This document shows, piece after piece, positions 50,607-59,609 of a DNA stretch of 64,000 nucleotides. A program made the translations under genes and the position numbers. The notes beneath the pieces were generated by a model. That model saw only the letters and a list, made by a program, of their open reading frames with translations, did no database searches and was not told the DNA's origin. The stretch's first letter is position 1, and the number at the start of each line of letters is the position of its first letter. Origin of the DNA: a bacterium (lineage in GTDB: Bacteria; BMS3Abin14); the NCBI GenBank assembly GCA_020350725.1, contig CP070719.1, positions 1,515,404 to 1,579,403 on the forward strand. The letters run 5' to 3'.

Positions 50607-51650
50607 ATGATCAGGGCTGGTATCGTAGGTGCCACAGGCTATACAGGGATGGAGCTGGTGCGGATCCTCCTGGAACACCCGGGGGTCCGGTTGACTTACG
50701 TTACCTCGCGGACTTGGAGCGGCAGACCGCTGGCAAACGCCCTGCCGGGCCTTACGGGCTGGTCGGATCTGCTTTGCAGGGAGTTCGACGCTACGGAGGC
50801 TGCGGGGGAAGTTGACATCATATTCCTCTGTTTACCCCACGGTGAGGCCATGGATACGGTTTTCCAGCTCCACAGTCTGAATGTCCGACAGGTGGACCTG
50901 TCGGCCGATTTCAGGATCGCCGATCCGAAGATCTTCGGAGAGTGGTACGGACCTCACAGGCACCCTCAGCTCCTCACAGAAGCTGTGAGCGGGTATCCAG
51001 AGCTCTACAGAGAGGACATCACGGGGGCCGTTCTCGTCGCCAATCCGGGCTGTTACCCCACAACAGCCGTTTACGGCCTTCTTCCCCTCGCGGAGGTCGA
51101 TCTCCTGGACCCCAGATCCATCGTTGTGGACAGTAAGTCGGGTGTCAGCGGGGCGGGGAAGGAGCCCCGCGGTCATCTTCACTTCCCTGAGGTCGAGGGT
51201 AACTTCTCGGCCTACGCCATAGCCGGGACACACCGCCACGTGTGCGAGATGGATCAGGAGCTGTCAAAAATCAGTGGAAAGTCGGTCCAGGTGACATTTA
51301 CACCTCACCTGGCGCCATTGAGTCGAGGAATTCTGAGTACGATCTACGCTCGAACCGTCTCACCCCTGAACGATGACGGCATCTTCGAGCTCTATCGGAA
51401 GCGATACGAGAAGGAGCCCTTCATACGGGTGAGATCACCGGATCAGCCGCTACCCACCCTGAAAGACGTGCGAGGCACCAACCTCTGCATCGTCGCTCCC
51501 AGGGTGGACAGGCGCAGCGGCATTACGGTCATCGTTTCGTGCATCGACAACCTCGTGAAAGGGGCCTCCGGACAGGCTGTGCAGAACATGAATATTATGT
51601 CGGGGCTGCCCGAGACAATGGGATTGGAGAGCCTGCCGCTGACCCCTTGA
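50607..51650 (+). CDS. argC: N-acetyl-gamma-glutamyl-phosphate reductase
   Basis: ArgC family, catalytic Cys region PGCYPT. Confidence 0.9.
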   Translation: MIRAGIVGATGYTGMELVRILLEHPGVRLTYVTSRTWSGRPLANALPGLTGWSDLLCREFDATEAAGEVDIIFLCLPHGEAMDTVFQLHSLNVRQVDLSADFRIADPKIFGEWYGPHRHPQLLTEAVSGYPELYREDITGAVLVANPGCYPTTAVYGLLPLAEVDLLDPRSIVVDSKSGVSGAGKEPRGHLHFPEVEGNFSAYAIAGTHRHVCEMDQELSKISGKSVQVTFTPHLAPLSRGILSTIYARTVSPLNDDGIFELYRKRYEKEPFIRVRSPDQPLPTLKDVRGTNLCIVAPRVDRRSGITVIVSCIDNLVKGASGQAVQNMNIMSGLPETMGLESLPLTP

Positions 51651-51696
51651 AATAACGAAAAACCCAATTTTATTAGTATGTTACAGCTATGACAGG

Positions 51697-51726
51697 GTTG
51701 ACATGGTTTCCGGCAACATGGTAATA
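51697..51726 (+). promoter_or_regulatory. candidate promoter TTGACA-N18-TAATAA, about 320 nt upstream of next CDS
   Basis: read from sequence. Confidence 0.35.
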
Positions 51727-52022
51727 ATGACCGCTCGGCGCGTGGCCTTTCCAGGTGTGGATCTCTATCTGCGTCCGGGCTAATAAGGTTGGGGTCCCCG
51801 CTTCCCTCGGCGCCGCCGCCCTGTTCTGTTGCGGAGGCTGGCGCCTGAAGGCGTTCGGGGATCACCCAGGGAGGAGCATCCGGGGTGTTACGGAGGCTTC
51901 AGGGTCATCCCCCGGGCGAACGTCCGGGCGGATTATATGGGAGATCTGACCGATAGAAGAGGGTATCCGCGATCGGGAACCGGACTTTACACTATCGCCT
52001 TCCAGGAAAATTCACTATCCTG

Positions 52023-52433
52023 TTGCTAGCTGGACTCTTCCTGATTTTCGATTCGGCGTTCGCTGATCACTATGGAAGTGGAGCGGTCGACAGGCCGGTG
52101 CCGTCCGAAAACCAGGGCGTTCTGACCGGTATTACCATCCAGGAAACCGCTTCCGAGGCTAAAATCGCGCTGAAGATAAAGGGGTATCCCGATTACTCCG
52201 TTACCACTTCCGTTTGGAAGGGGGAGAAGTGGGTCGATCTTTTCCTTCGCCGTTTCAGTACTGAAGTGGGGGACCTCTCGGCAGGGAACAGGAGGATAGC
52301 CGGTCAGGTTCGCGTTGTGAGCGACGCCCCTGGAGGGGAGGTCAGGGTTTCAGTGCAGATCCTCCCGTCGAAGATATCCTATGACGTTTTCCAGTCCGGG
52401 GATCACCTGATGATCCGCCTGGTGCCCAGGTAA
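52023..52433 (+). CDS. AMIN-domain-like periplasmic protein (136 aa)
   Basis: TTG start; short hydrophobic N-terminus; beta-rich pattern resembling AMIN domains of AmiC/PilQ. Confidence 0.5.
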   Translation: MLAGLFLIFDSAFADHYGSGAVDRPVPSENQGVLTGITIQETASEAKIALKIKGYPDYSVTTSVWKGEKWVDLFLRRFSTEVGDLSAGNRRIAGQVRVVSDAPGGEVRVSVQILPSKISYDVFQSGDHLMIRLVPR

Positions 52434-52458
52434 AGAGACCCCGGGTCCGAGCAAGGCT

Positions 52459-55092
52459 ATGGCATTCATAAAGATCCTGATAATAGAAGACGACCTCTTC
52501 TATCAGACCTATGTGAACGACCTCCTGAAGGATGAAAAGGTCGATGTCACCAATGCCCAGGATGGTGAGCAGGGCATCAGGATGGCTGTCTCCGAAAAGC
52601 CCGACGTTATCCTCACCGATATCGAGATCCCGAAGATCCAGGGTTTCGTCCTCCTCAGGCACCTCAAGGAGAGACCGGAAACGGCCCGCATCCCGGTCAT
52701 CATGATGTCAGGGAAAGTGGAAAAGGACCTGTTTGAGAAGCATGCCAAGCTGAAGATCCACGCCGACGGGTACCTCCTGAAGCCTTTCTCGCGTCAGGAG
52801 CTCCTCGAGATGATAGGTAAGGTCGTTTCCGCCAGGGATGGAGGTGGTGGTGATGCCGCACCGGGTGTCGCGGAGCCCCTCGGTGACCAGGGGAGGTGGG
52901 ATCCATCCGGCAGCCTTCCGGATGAAGACGAGGCGGGGACAGGCTCTGCATCGCCCCAGCCACGAACCCGATTGAAACCTCTGGCGCTGGTGGTTGACGA
53001 CTCCAGCTATGTCTGCGATCTTACCCAGGACTATCTGAAGAATGAGGGTTTCTCGGTGGCTGTTGCCATGGACGGTGAGGAAGGACTCCGTCTGGTCGGC
53101 GAGAAGATGCCGGATGTTGTTCTTCTGGACATCCAGATGCCCGGAATGGACGGCTTCGAAGTCTGTGAGGCCCTCAAGAGCGACAGCAGGACGTCCAGGA
53201 TCCCCATTATTCTCATGTCCGCAGTGGTGGACATGGGGACCATCGAAAAACATCCCAGATTGAGCCACCATCCCGACGCCTACCTCCAGAAACCGTTCAA
53301 GAAGAACGAACTGCTCGATCTGATCTACGAGCACCTGCCCACAGTCTCGCCATATCGGGACGTCGAGAGCAAAACGGGCTTCATTGTTCCCGGGGAGAAG
53401 GACATCATGTGGCCCGATGGCGACCGCCATCCGATGGGGCTCGATGGCGAGGCAACCGGCCCTACGGGGCTCAGTCCCCAGGAGCGGGTCGGCGCCCCGT
53501 CCCAATCCGAGGAGAAATTAGCCCGCGAACTGCAGATGCTTCGGGTCGAATATGATCAGTTCAGGGAAAAAGCCCTTGCAGATGCTGCTGCGTGGACGGA
53601 CGAGAGGGGGAAAATCAATGAGAAGATGGTCCTCGCCACGAAGAGAGCCGAGGAATCCGGCGATTCTCTCAAGAATGTACAGAGGGAGGCGGATAAGCTG
53701 AGGATGAACCTGGAGGCTGCTCTGGCAGCCAAGAGGGAAGTCGAGGATCAGGCGACGGCCATGGCCGAGAGCGTGAAGAGGGCCTCTCAGGGACACGGGC
53801 TGGACGAGGAGATTTCCCGATTGAGGAAGGAAAACATCGAACTGAGGAGCCAGGCGGCAGAGGCTCACACGTCTATCAAAAGGGCGGAAACGCTGGAGGC
53901 ACTCCTCGCTGAGACTCAGGAGGAGAATCGGCAGCTCAGAGAGAGCCTGTCCTTCTCCGAGGGCAGCGCGGACCTGAAGGATCAGATCGGCCGGTATCAA
54001 GCGAAGATGGAGGAGATTCAGGGGCAGGTCGAGGCTGCCGATCTGCGCAGGGCTGAGGCCGAGACCGAGGTTGAAAAGCTGCGGCAGAGAAACAGAAAAC
54101 TGTCGGAAGACCTTGAAGCTCGCCAGAAGGAAGCGACCTCTGCAGTCAATGAGATGGAAACCCTCCGTGTCAACCTGAGAGCCATGGAGGCTGATGCGGC
54201 CGACTCGAACCGGAAGGTCGCTGTGCTCGAGTCGGATCTGGAGAGGCACAAGGTCATTGGCGAGCAGGAATCCAGGATGCGCAGGGAGCTTGAGGAACGT
54301 CTCTTCACCGTGCAGAACGAGAACAGAGTCCAGGCGGGAGAGCTGGTTACCCTCCGGGAGGGTGCGTCTGAGATGGACACCCTCCGAGCGAAGGTCAGCG
54401 TTCTGACGCGGGAAAAACAGATTCTCGAGGAAGGACTCCGCAAAAGCATGGCCCTCCAGGCGACAGCGGGGCGGGCCGGCGAAGGATCCCAGGCCCGGGA
54501 AGACCTTTCCGGGCGGCTCACTCAGCTTGAGGAGGTTCTGAAGAGGACCGTGAACGAGGCTCAGCAGGCCCTCCTGGAGCAGAAGGGCAGAGAGGAAGTT
54601 CTTCAGGGTAAACATCGGGAGCTCATGGAGGCCCTGGAAAGGGAGAGGAGCGAGCATAAAAGGGAACGGGAAGGATGGCGGGACAGGGAAGAAGATCTGA
54701 AGAAAATGGTGGAGGATTTCCTGGACGAGCGCCGCCGGACGATGGGAGATGAGATCGCTCGCATGTTCCCGGTTCACGTCCGCGGCAATGCCCGGCCATA
54801 CGAGGTTGTGTCAAAAAAACGAAGGTTCGGACAGATCGCCCTTGTGGTCCTCCTCGCTGTCGTTGCCTTCCTCCTCGGTTATCTCACCCTTTCCACAATG
54901 AAAGGCCCGAGCGTCAACCCACCGCGCGAGTCCGGTACCCACCGTCTGGAAGGACGACCGGGGGTGGGTACCGCGCCGGCAGGCGTTGACGCCGCCCTGC
55001 TTTCTCCGGCAACTGAAGGGGAATGCCGGGTTGTTTCCCGTCCCCGAAATGCATCGTCACCTCCGGAATCAAGACCTTACCCATATGCGTGA
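52459..55092 (+). CDS. membrane-anchored dual-receiver (REC-REC) protein with about 420-aa coiled coil, one C-terminal TM helix and Pro-rich periplasmic tail
   Basis: two REC domains (IIEDD...ILTDIEIP...LLKPF; VVDDS...LLDIQMPGMDG...LQKPF); heptad-rich E/R/L/A/Q segment; IALVVLLAVVAFLLGYLTL. Confidence 0.75.
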   Translation: MAFIKILIIEDDLFYQTYVNDLLKDEKVDVTNAQDGEQGIRMAVSEKPDVILTDIEIPKIQGFVLLRHLKERPETARIPVIMMSGKVEKDLFEKHAKLKIHADGYLLKPFSRQELLEMIGKVVSARDGGGGDAAPGVAEPLGDQGRWDPSGSLPDEDEAGTGSASPQPRTRLKPLALVVDDSSYVCDLTQDYLKNEGFSVAVAMDGEEGLRLVGEKMPDVVLLDIQMPGMDGFEVCEALKSDSRTSRIPIILMSAVVDMGTIEKHPRLSHHPDAYLQKPFKKNELLDLIYEHLPTVSPYRDVESKTGFIVPGEKDIMWPDGDRHPMGLDGEATGPTGLSPQERVGAPSQSEEKLARELQMLRVEYDQFREKALADAAAWTDERGKINEKMVLATKRAEESGDSLKNVQREADKLRMNLEAALAAKREVEDQATAMAESVKRASQGHGLDEEISRLRKENIELRSQAAEAHTSIKRAETLEALLAETQEENRQLRESLSFSEGSADLKDQIGRYQAKMEEIQGQVEAADLRRAEAETEVEKLRQRNRKLSEDLEARQKEATSAVNEMETLRVNLRAMEADAADSNRKVAVLESDLERHKVIGEQESRMRRELEERLFTVQNENRVQAGELVTLREGASEMDTLRAKVSVLTREKQILEEGLRKSMALQATAGRAGEGSQAREDLSGRLTQLEEVLKRTVNEAQQALLEQKGREEVLQGKHRELMEALERERSEHKREREGWRDREEDLKKMVEDFLDERRRTMGDEIARMFPVHVRGNARPYEVVSKKRRFGQIALVVLLAVVAFLLGYLTLSTMKGPSVNPPRESGTHRLEGRPGVGTAPAGVDAALLSPATEGECRVVSRPRNASSPPESRPYPYA

Positions 55093-55114
55093 AAGGGCAT
55101 CTCACAAGGGTCGC

Positions 55115-56917
55115 ATGGATAATATTCAGGAACTCCAAAGACAGATCAGAAAGTATCCCCACAGACCCGATCTGCACAGTACTCTTGGCAGGCTCTATCA
55201 GCAGCGTGGAGATCGGACGGAAGCCGCAAAACATTTCCTGGCCGCGGCACGGCTCTTTGCCGACCCAAGCAGCCCGGCGCGAAATCTTAACAAGGCTGTG
55301 GCCGCTCTGAAAAAGATGCTCCGGGATTTCCCCGAGAACCATGATTCCTACTACCTCCTGGCAGACATATATACAGAGATGGAGAATAAGAACGCCGCCA
55401 TGGATGTCTTCCGATCCCTTTCGGAGGTCTATCAGAAAGAGGGGAAGCTCCTTATGGCTGTCTCGGTCCACGACAAGATCACCGGATCATATCCGGATGA
55501 CATCGGCGCCTGGCTCAAATTCGCTGAACTGAATCAACAGGCCGGCATGCCGTTCCACGCCGCGCAGGCCCTGGTAAGGGCGGCCCGACTGTCCATGAAG
55601 GCTGGAAGGCCAAGGGAGGCATCCTCTCTGACCACGGCAGCCCTCAAACTGGATGCCGAGAATATGGATGCGAGACACTTCCTCAAGGATCTCCTCAGGA
55701 ACGGGCACGACGGGGATGTGGACACCGGTGACCTGATGGACCTCGCATCCGATCTCGAGAGGATGGGCCAGACGAGACAGGCCCTCATGATCCTGTCCTT
55801 GCTGGAGAACGGGTCCCTGTCCAGCCAGGCTGCGGCGGTGGCCGATGGCATTCGAAAACGAGCGGGTGTCGAAAAGGTTCAGGGGGCGTCATACACGGCG
55901 GAAAGACCTCCCCAGACGAAATATGCCGGCATGAGAGTTCTCATCGTCGATGACGAAAGGGAGATCCTTCTCCTGTTGGAACAGATCCTCAAGGGAGAGG
56001 GCTTCACCGTCCTTACGGCGAGAGATGGCGAGAGGGCCCTGGAGATCTTCCAGAATGAACGCCCTGCCATTGTCGTAACCGATGCAATGCTCCCCAAGAT
56101 CCACGGTTTCGAGCTCTGCAGGAGGATAAAGGAGGAAGCGGGAAGCACTATCAGGGTGATGATCCTCACGGCGGTCTACAAGAAATACAAATATAAAACC
56201 CGCGTCCAGGAGGAATTCCATGTCGATGAGTACCTGGACAAGCCCTTCCAGATTGCCGAATTTCTGGATGCTTTCTACCGGATGATCGTCGACCTTCCAG
56301 AATCGTCCCCCGAGGTCCCCAGGGTCGAGGAGGAACACCTGGCCTCGGCCGAGGGAATGAGCATTTTGGTCGTCGCCGGTGAGGAGAGGGATCTTATCAA
56401 CAGGGTGTCCCATTTCTGCGATCGTAACGGATGTTTTTTTGAGGTGGGGTTGAATGCCAGAGAAATGATAGAGCAGATCGAGAGGGATGTCCCTGATATC
56501 ATCCTCCTTGCGGACAGCATGCCGGGAATGGACCCTTTCATCGCGGCCTGGTTGACCACCAAGGTGCTGGGTGTCCGATCATCGACCTTGATCCTCATCA
56601 CGAGGGATCGAACGCTCCTCGAGGGTGACTCTGGGGAATTCCACCATCGGGTCGCCGCACCTATAGGGCCGGAAACGATGGATACCTTAGTTCGCCTTCA
56701 CAGGAGAGCCCGGGAGCGATCGGCCATCGGTCCGGCGGAGAAGGGAATGACAGCGGCCGAAAGGAGGATGGAGGCCGTTCTCCGCAGCAAGGTGGATCAT
56801 GTTCTCAAGAGTCAATATCATCTTGAAACCTACTACACCAAAAGGATAAAGGAACTCGAGGAGGAGCTGGAGACCCTGAAGAACAGGGCCAGGGAGACGA
56901 TACCCGGTGGGTCGTGA
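55115..56917 (+). CDS. TPR-repeat protein with receiver domain plus second degenerate receiver-like domain and C-terminal coiled coil
   Basis: ATG 55115 after stop 55092; MRVLIVDDEREILL...VVTDAMLPKIHGFEL...LDKPF. Confidence 0.7.
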   Translation: MDNIQELQRQIRKYPHRPDLHSTLGRLYQQRGDRTEAAKHFLAAARLFADPSSPARNLNKAVAALKKMLRDFPENHDSYYLLADIYTEMENKNAAMDVFRSLSEVYQKEGKLLMAVSVHDKITGSYPDDIGAWLKFAELNQQAGMPFHAAQALVRAARLSMKAGRPREASSLTTAALKLDAENMDARHFLKDLLRNGHDGDVDTGDLMDLASDLERMGQTRQALMILSLLENGSLSSQAAAVADGIRKRAGVEKVQGASYTAERPPQTKYAGMRVLIVDDEREILLLLEQILKGEGFTVLTARDGERALEIFQNERPAIVVTDAMLPKIHGFELCRRIKEEAGSTIRVMILTAVYKKYKYKTRVQEEFHVDEYLDKPFQIAEFLDAFYRMIVDLPESSPEVPRVEEEHLASAEGMSILVVAGEERDLINRVSHFCDRNGCFFEVGLNAREMIEQIERDVPDIILLADSMPGMDPFIAAWLTTKVLGVRSSTLILITRDRTLLEGDSGEFHHRVAAPIGPETMDTLVRLHRRARERSAIGPAEKGMTAAERRMEAVLRSKVDHVLKSQYHLETYYTKRIKELEEELETLKNRARETIPGGS

Positions 56918-57449
56918 GCGTGTCCCCCTGCCTGTCAGGCTCGTTATGGGCATCCTCTGGACCACCGACGGGGACCTTCGATCAGCCATGCGGCAGACGG
57001 AGGAACTGTTCGGGCCCGTCGCGAAGAAATCCCCATCCGTTCCCTTTGACCCATACACTCCCTATTACGGGGAGGAGATGGGCGGGGAGCTCAAAAGATG
57101 TTATTGGTCTTTTGTCGAGGTGGTTCCTCAGGGAGTCCTCCCGGAGATCAAGTTGGCGACAAACAGGATCGAGACCGATATGGCGTCTGAGGGGAGGAGA
57201 AGGGTTAACCTGGATCCGGGATTGGTCACCCTCGACGCACTCGTTCTGGCGACGACAAAACCCTACTACCACAGGACCTATCTTGGCAAAGGGATCTACG
57301 CCGACCTGACGCTCGTGTACCGAAATGGGTCCTTTGAGGCTCTGCCCTGGACATACCCCGATTACAGGGAACAGTGGGTGAGGGATTTTTTTCTGCAGGT
57401 CAGGAGCGAACTGAAACGGGACAGGCGTGGCGGGGGCGAGAGGACCTGA
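56907..57449 (+). CDS. DUF4416-family protein
   Basis: GTG start (alt. ATG 56946); conserved neighbour of yicC in deltaproteobacteria. Confidence 0.6.
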   Translation: MGRERVPLPVRLVMGILWTTDGDLRSAMRQTEELFGPVAKKSPSVPFDPYTPYYGEEMGGELKRCYWSFVEVVPQGVLPEIKLATNRIETDMASEGRRRVNLDPGLVTLDALVLATTKPYYHRTYLGKGIYADLTLVYRNGSFEALPWTYPDYREQWVRDFFLQVRSELKRDRRGGGERT

Positions 57450-57450
57450 A

Positions 57451-58317
57451 ATGGGCCGGATCAGGAGCATGACAGGGTTCGGAAGGGCTGAGGGAGATGC
57501 ACCGGGCAGGAGGATCACCGTGGAGGTCCGCTCACTCAACCATCGGTACCTTGAGGTTGGACTGCGGGCGCCCAGGGAATTGCTCCACCTGGACCCGGAG
57601 CTGAGGAAGGCTGTAAAGGGGACATGCTCACGCGGAAAAGTGGACGTATTTGTGACAATCCACGAGAGCTCGGCCACCATCGCCATCGACCCGGAACGCG
57701 CCCGGCAAGCGGCGGACGCCCTCGCCGGACTGGCCGAGGTTGTCGGCGACAGCGTCCGGCTGGAACATGTATTATCGATACCGGAGGTGTTCCAGAGGAA
57801 CGAAACCGAGCACCTGGAGGAGGTGGACGAGGCTTTGATGGATATCGTCAGGGCCGCCCTCGATCGTATGGTGCGCGAACGTGAGGTGGAGGGCAGCGTC
57901 CTCGCTCAAGATCTCCTGGACAGGATCGACAGTCTGGAGGCGATCAGGGATAACATCTCGGATCTGGCGCACCTCGTTCCCGAAAAGGCCCTGAGCCAGA
58001 TATCCGATTTTCTGGAGAAGCTGGACCTCAGAGGCCAATTGGACCCGCAGAGGTTGGAAGCAGAGGTCGCCCTCCTGGCTCAGAAAGCGGATGTAACAGA
58101 GGAACTGACCAGATTGGCAGCCCACCTGGCATCCCTCAGGAGCACCCTGAATGAGGGGGGGGCCGTTGGAAGACGCCTTGACTTCGTCGTCCAGGAGGTT
58201 CACAGGGAGATCAACACCATCGGTGCGAAGGCCGGAATCACGGAGGTCTCGTCCCTGATCGTTCAATTCAAGACCGAACTGGAGAAGCTCAGAGAACAGG
58301 TCCAGAATATCGAGTAG
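57451..58317 (+). CDS. yicC: YicC/YloC family endoribonuclease
   Basis: MGRIRSMTGFGRAEG start. Confidence 0.85.
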   Translation: MGRIRSMTGFGRAEGDAPGRRITVEVRSLNHRYLEVGLRAPRELLHLDPELRKAVKGTCSRGKVDVFVTIHESSATIAIDPERARQAADALAGLAEVVGDSVRLEHVLSIPEVFQRNETEHLEEVDEALMDIVRAALDRMVREREVEGSVLAQDLLDRIDSLEAIRDNISDLAHLVPEKALSQISDFLEKLDLRGQLDPQRLEAEVALLAQKADVTEELTRLAAHLASLRSTLNEGGAVGRRLDFVVQEVHREINTIGAKAGITEVSSLIVQFKTELEKLREQVQNIE

Positions 58318-58382
58318 CGCCCCATTCCGAGGACCGTTATTGGAAGAATTCAGGGGTCGGAAAAGGATCTGTCAGGGAACTC

Positions 58383-58997
58383 GTGATGGTTGACATTTTC
58401 GACAGCGAGAACGGACGAAAGGGAAAAGGAATTCTCTTTGTCCTGTCATCACCATCCGGCGGCGGCAAAACGACCCTGGCGCATAAACTCCAGGTCTCCA
58501 TGGAGGATCTGGCCCTCTCGGTGTCCCATACGACGAGGAAACCGAGAGCCGGCGAGGCGGACGGGGCCGACTATCATTTTGTTTCCCGGAAGCGATTCCA
58601 GGAGATGATCGATAACGGGGAGTTTGTCGAGTGGGCGGAGGTCCACGGCAACCTCTACGGAACGGGCAGGAAAGAGATCGACGATACGCTTCGGAAGGGC
58701 ACTGATGTTCTTCTGGACATCGACGTCCAGGGTGCCAGACAGATTGTGGGAACATTTAAGGAATCCATCCTCATCTTTATCCTTCCCCCTTCGGATGAGG
58801 AATGGCTCGAGAGGCTGCGCGGAAGGGGCACGGAGTCCGAGGCTGAGTTGAAGAGGAGGATCGAAGGGGCCAAGCAGGAGCGTCTTGCAATGATGCCCTA
58901 TTATGACTATGCTGTTCTTAACGATGTTCTGGACGATGCGGCCGATGCCCTTCGATCCATCATCATCGCGGAGAGGTGCCGCGTTTCCAGGCGCTGA
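58383..58997 (+). CDS. gmk: guanylate kinase
   Basis: SSPSGGGKTTL. Confidence 0.9.
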   Translation: MMVDIFDSENGRKGKGILFVLSSPSGGGKTTLAHKLQVSMEDLALSVSHTTRKPRAGEADGADYHFVSRKRFQEMIDNGEFVEWAEVHGNLYGTGRKEIDDTLRKGTDVLLDIDVQGARQIVGTFKESILIFILPPSDEEWLERLRGRGTESEAELKRRIEGAKQERLAMMPYYDYAVLNDVLDDAADALRSIIIAERCRVSRR

Positions 58998-59027
58998 TGA
59001 AACACAACCAGGGAGGAAATCGAAAAG

Positions 59028-59351
59028 ATGGATCTCAATATTATCGAGGATGCACTGAAAAAGTACCCTAACAGATTTTTCCTCACTATGATGGCTGCGG
59101 CGAGAGCCAAGGAACTGAATGAGGGTGAGAAAACTCTGTTGAAGAGATCACGAGGTGACAAGCCGATCGTACAGGCCCTCGAGGAGTTGGCGGAAGGAAT
59201 CGTCGTGCCGTGCTCGAAGGAGGAGATGGAACAGGTCAGGGAGGAGCGCAGGTTGGCCAGGGAAAGGGCCCTCATGGAGGCCGAAGAGGAGGAGGCAATG
59301 GAAACGGACGAGCTCGACGCCTCCTCCTCCGAAACGCCTACTGAGGCCTGA
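59028..59351 (+). CDS. rpoZ: RNA polymerase omega subunit with acidic C-terminal tail
   Basis: MDLNIIEDALKKYPNRFFLTMMAAARAKEL. Confidence 0.9.
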   Translation: MDLNIIEDALKKYPNRFFLTMMAAARAKELNEGEKTLLKRSRGDKPIVQALEELAEGIVVPCSKEEMEQVREERRLARERALMEAEEEEAMETDELDASSSETPTEA

Positions 59352-59387
59352 TAAAGACCTATCTCTCCAGAACTCTCTGATGACCCA

Positions 59388-59418
59388 TCCCCGCCCTTGA
59401 CCGGGCCGGGGATTTTTT
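59388..59418 (+). terminator. rho-independent terminator after rpoZ
   Basis: TCCCCGCCC-ttgacc-GGGCCGGGGA + T6. Confidence 0.6.
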
Positions 59419-59609
59419 CATGGATGCCGAATTCCCCGCCAAAGGCACTTCACCTCTTTTTACGAGGGAAACGATGACTCATGGTGCGGCGATGAGCCCC
59501 GGCCGAAGCGGATTCATGCGGTTACAGCATCGCCGGGGTTCCGTTTCAGGCATGGATTCCCGTCGACGGGCGCCTTGCCAACCCGTGCGGGTCCTTTGGG
59601 CGTGATTCG

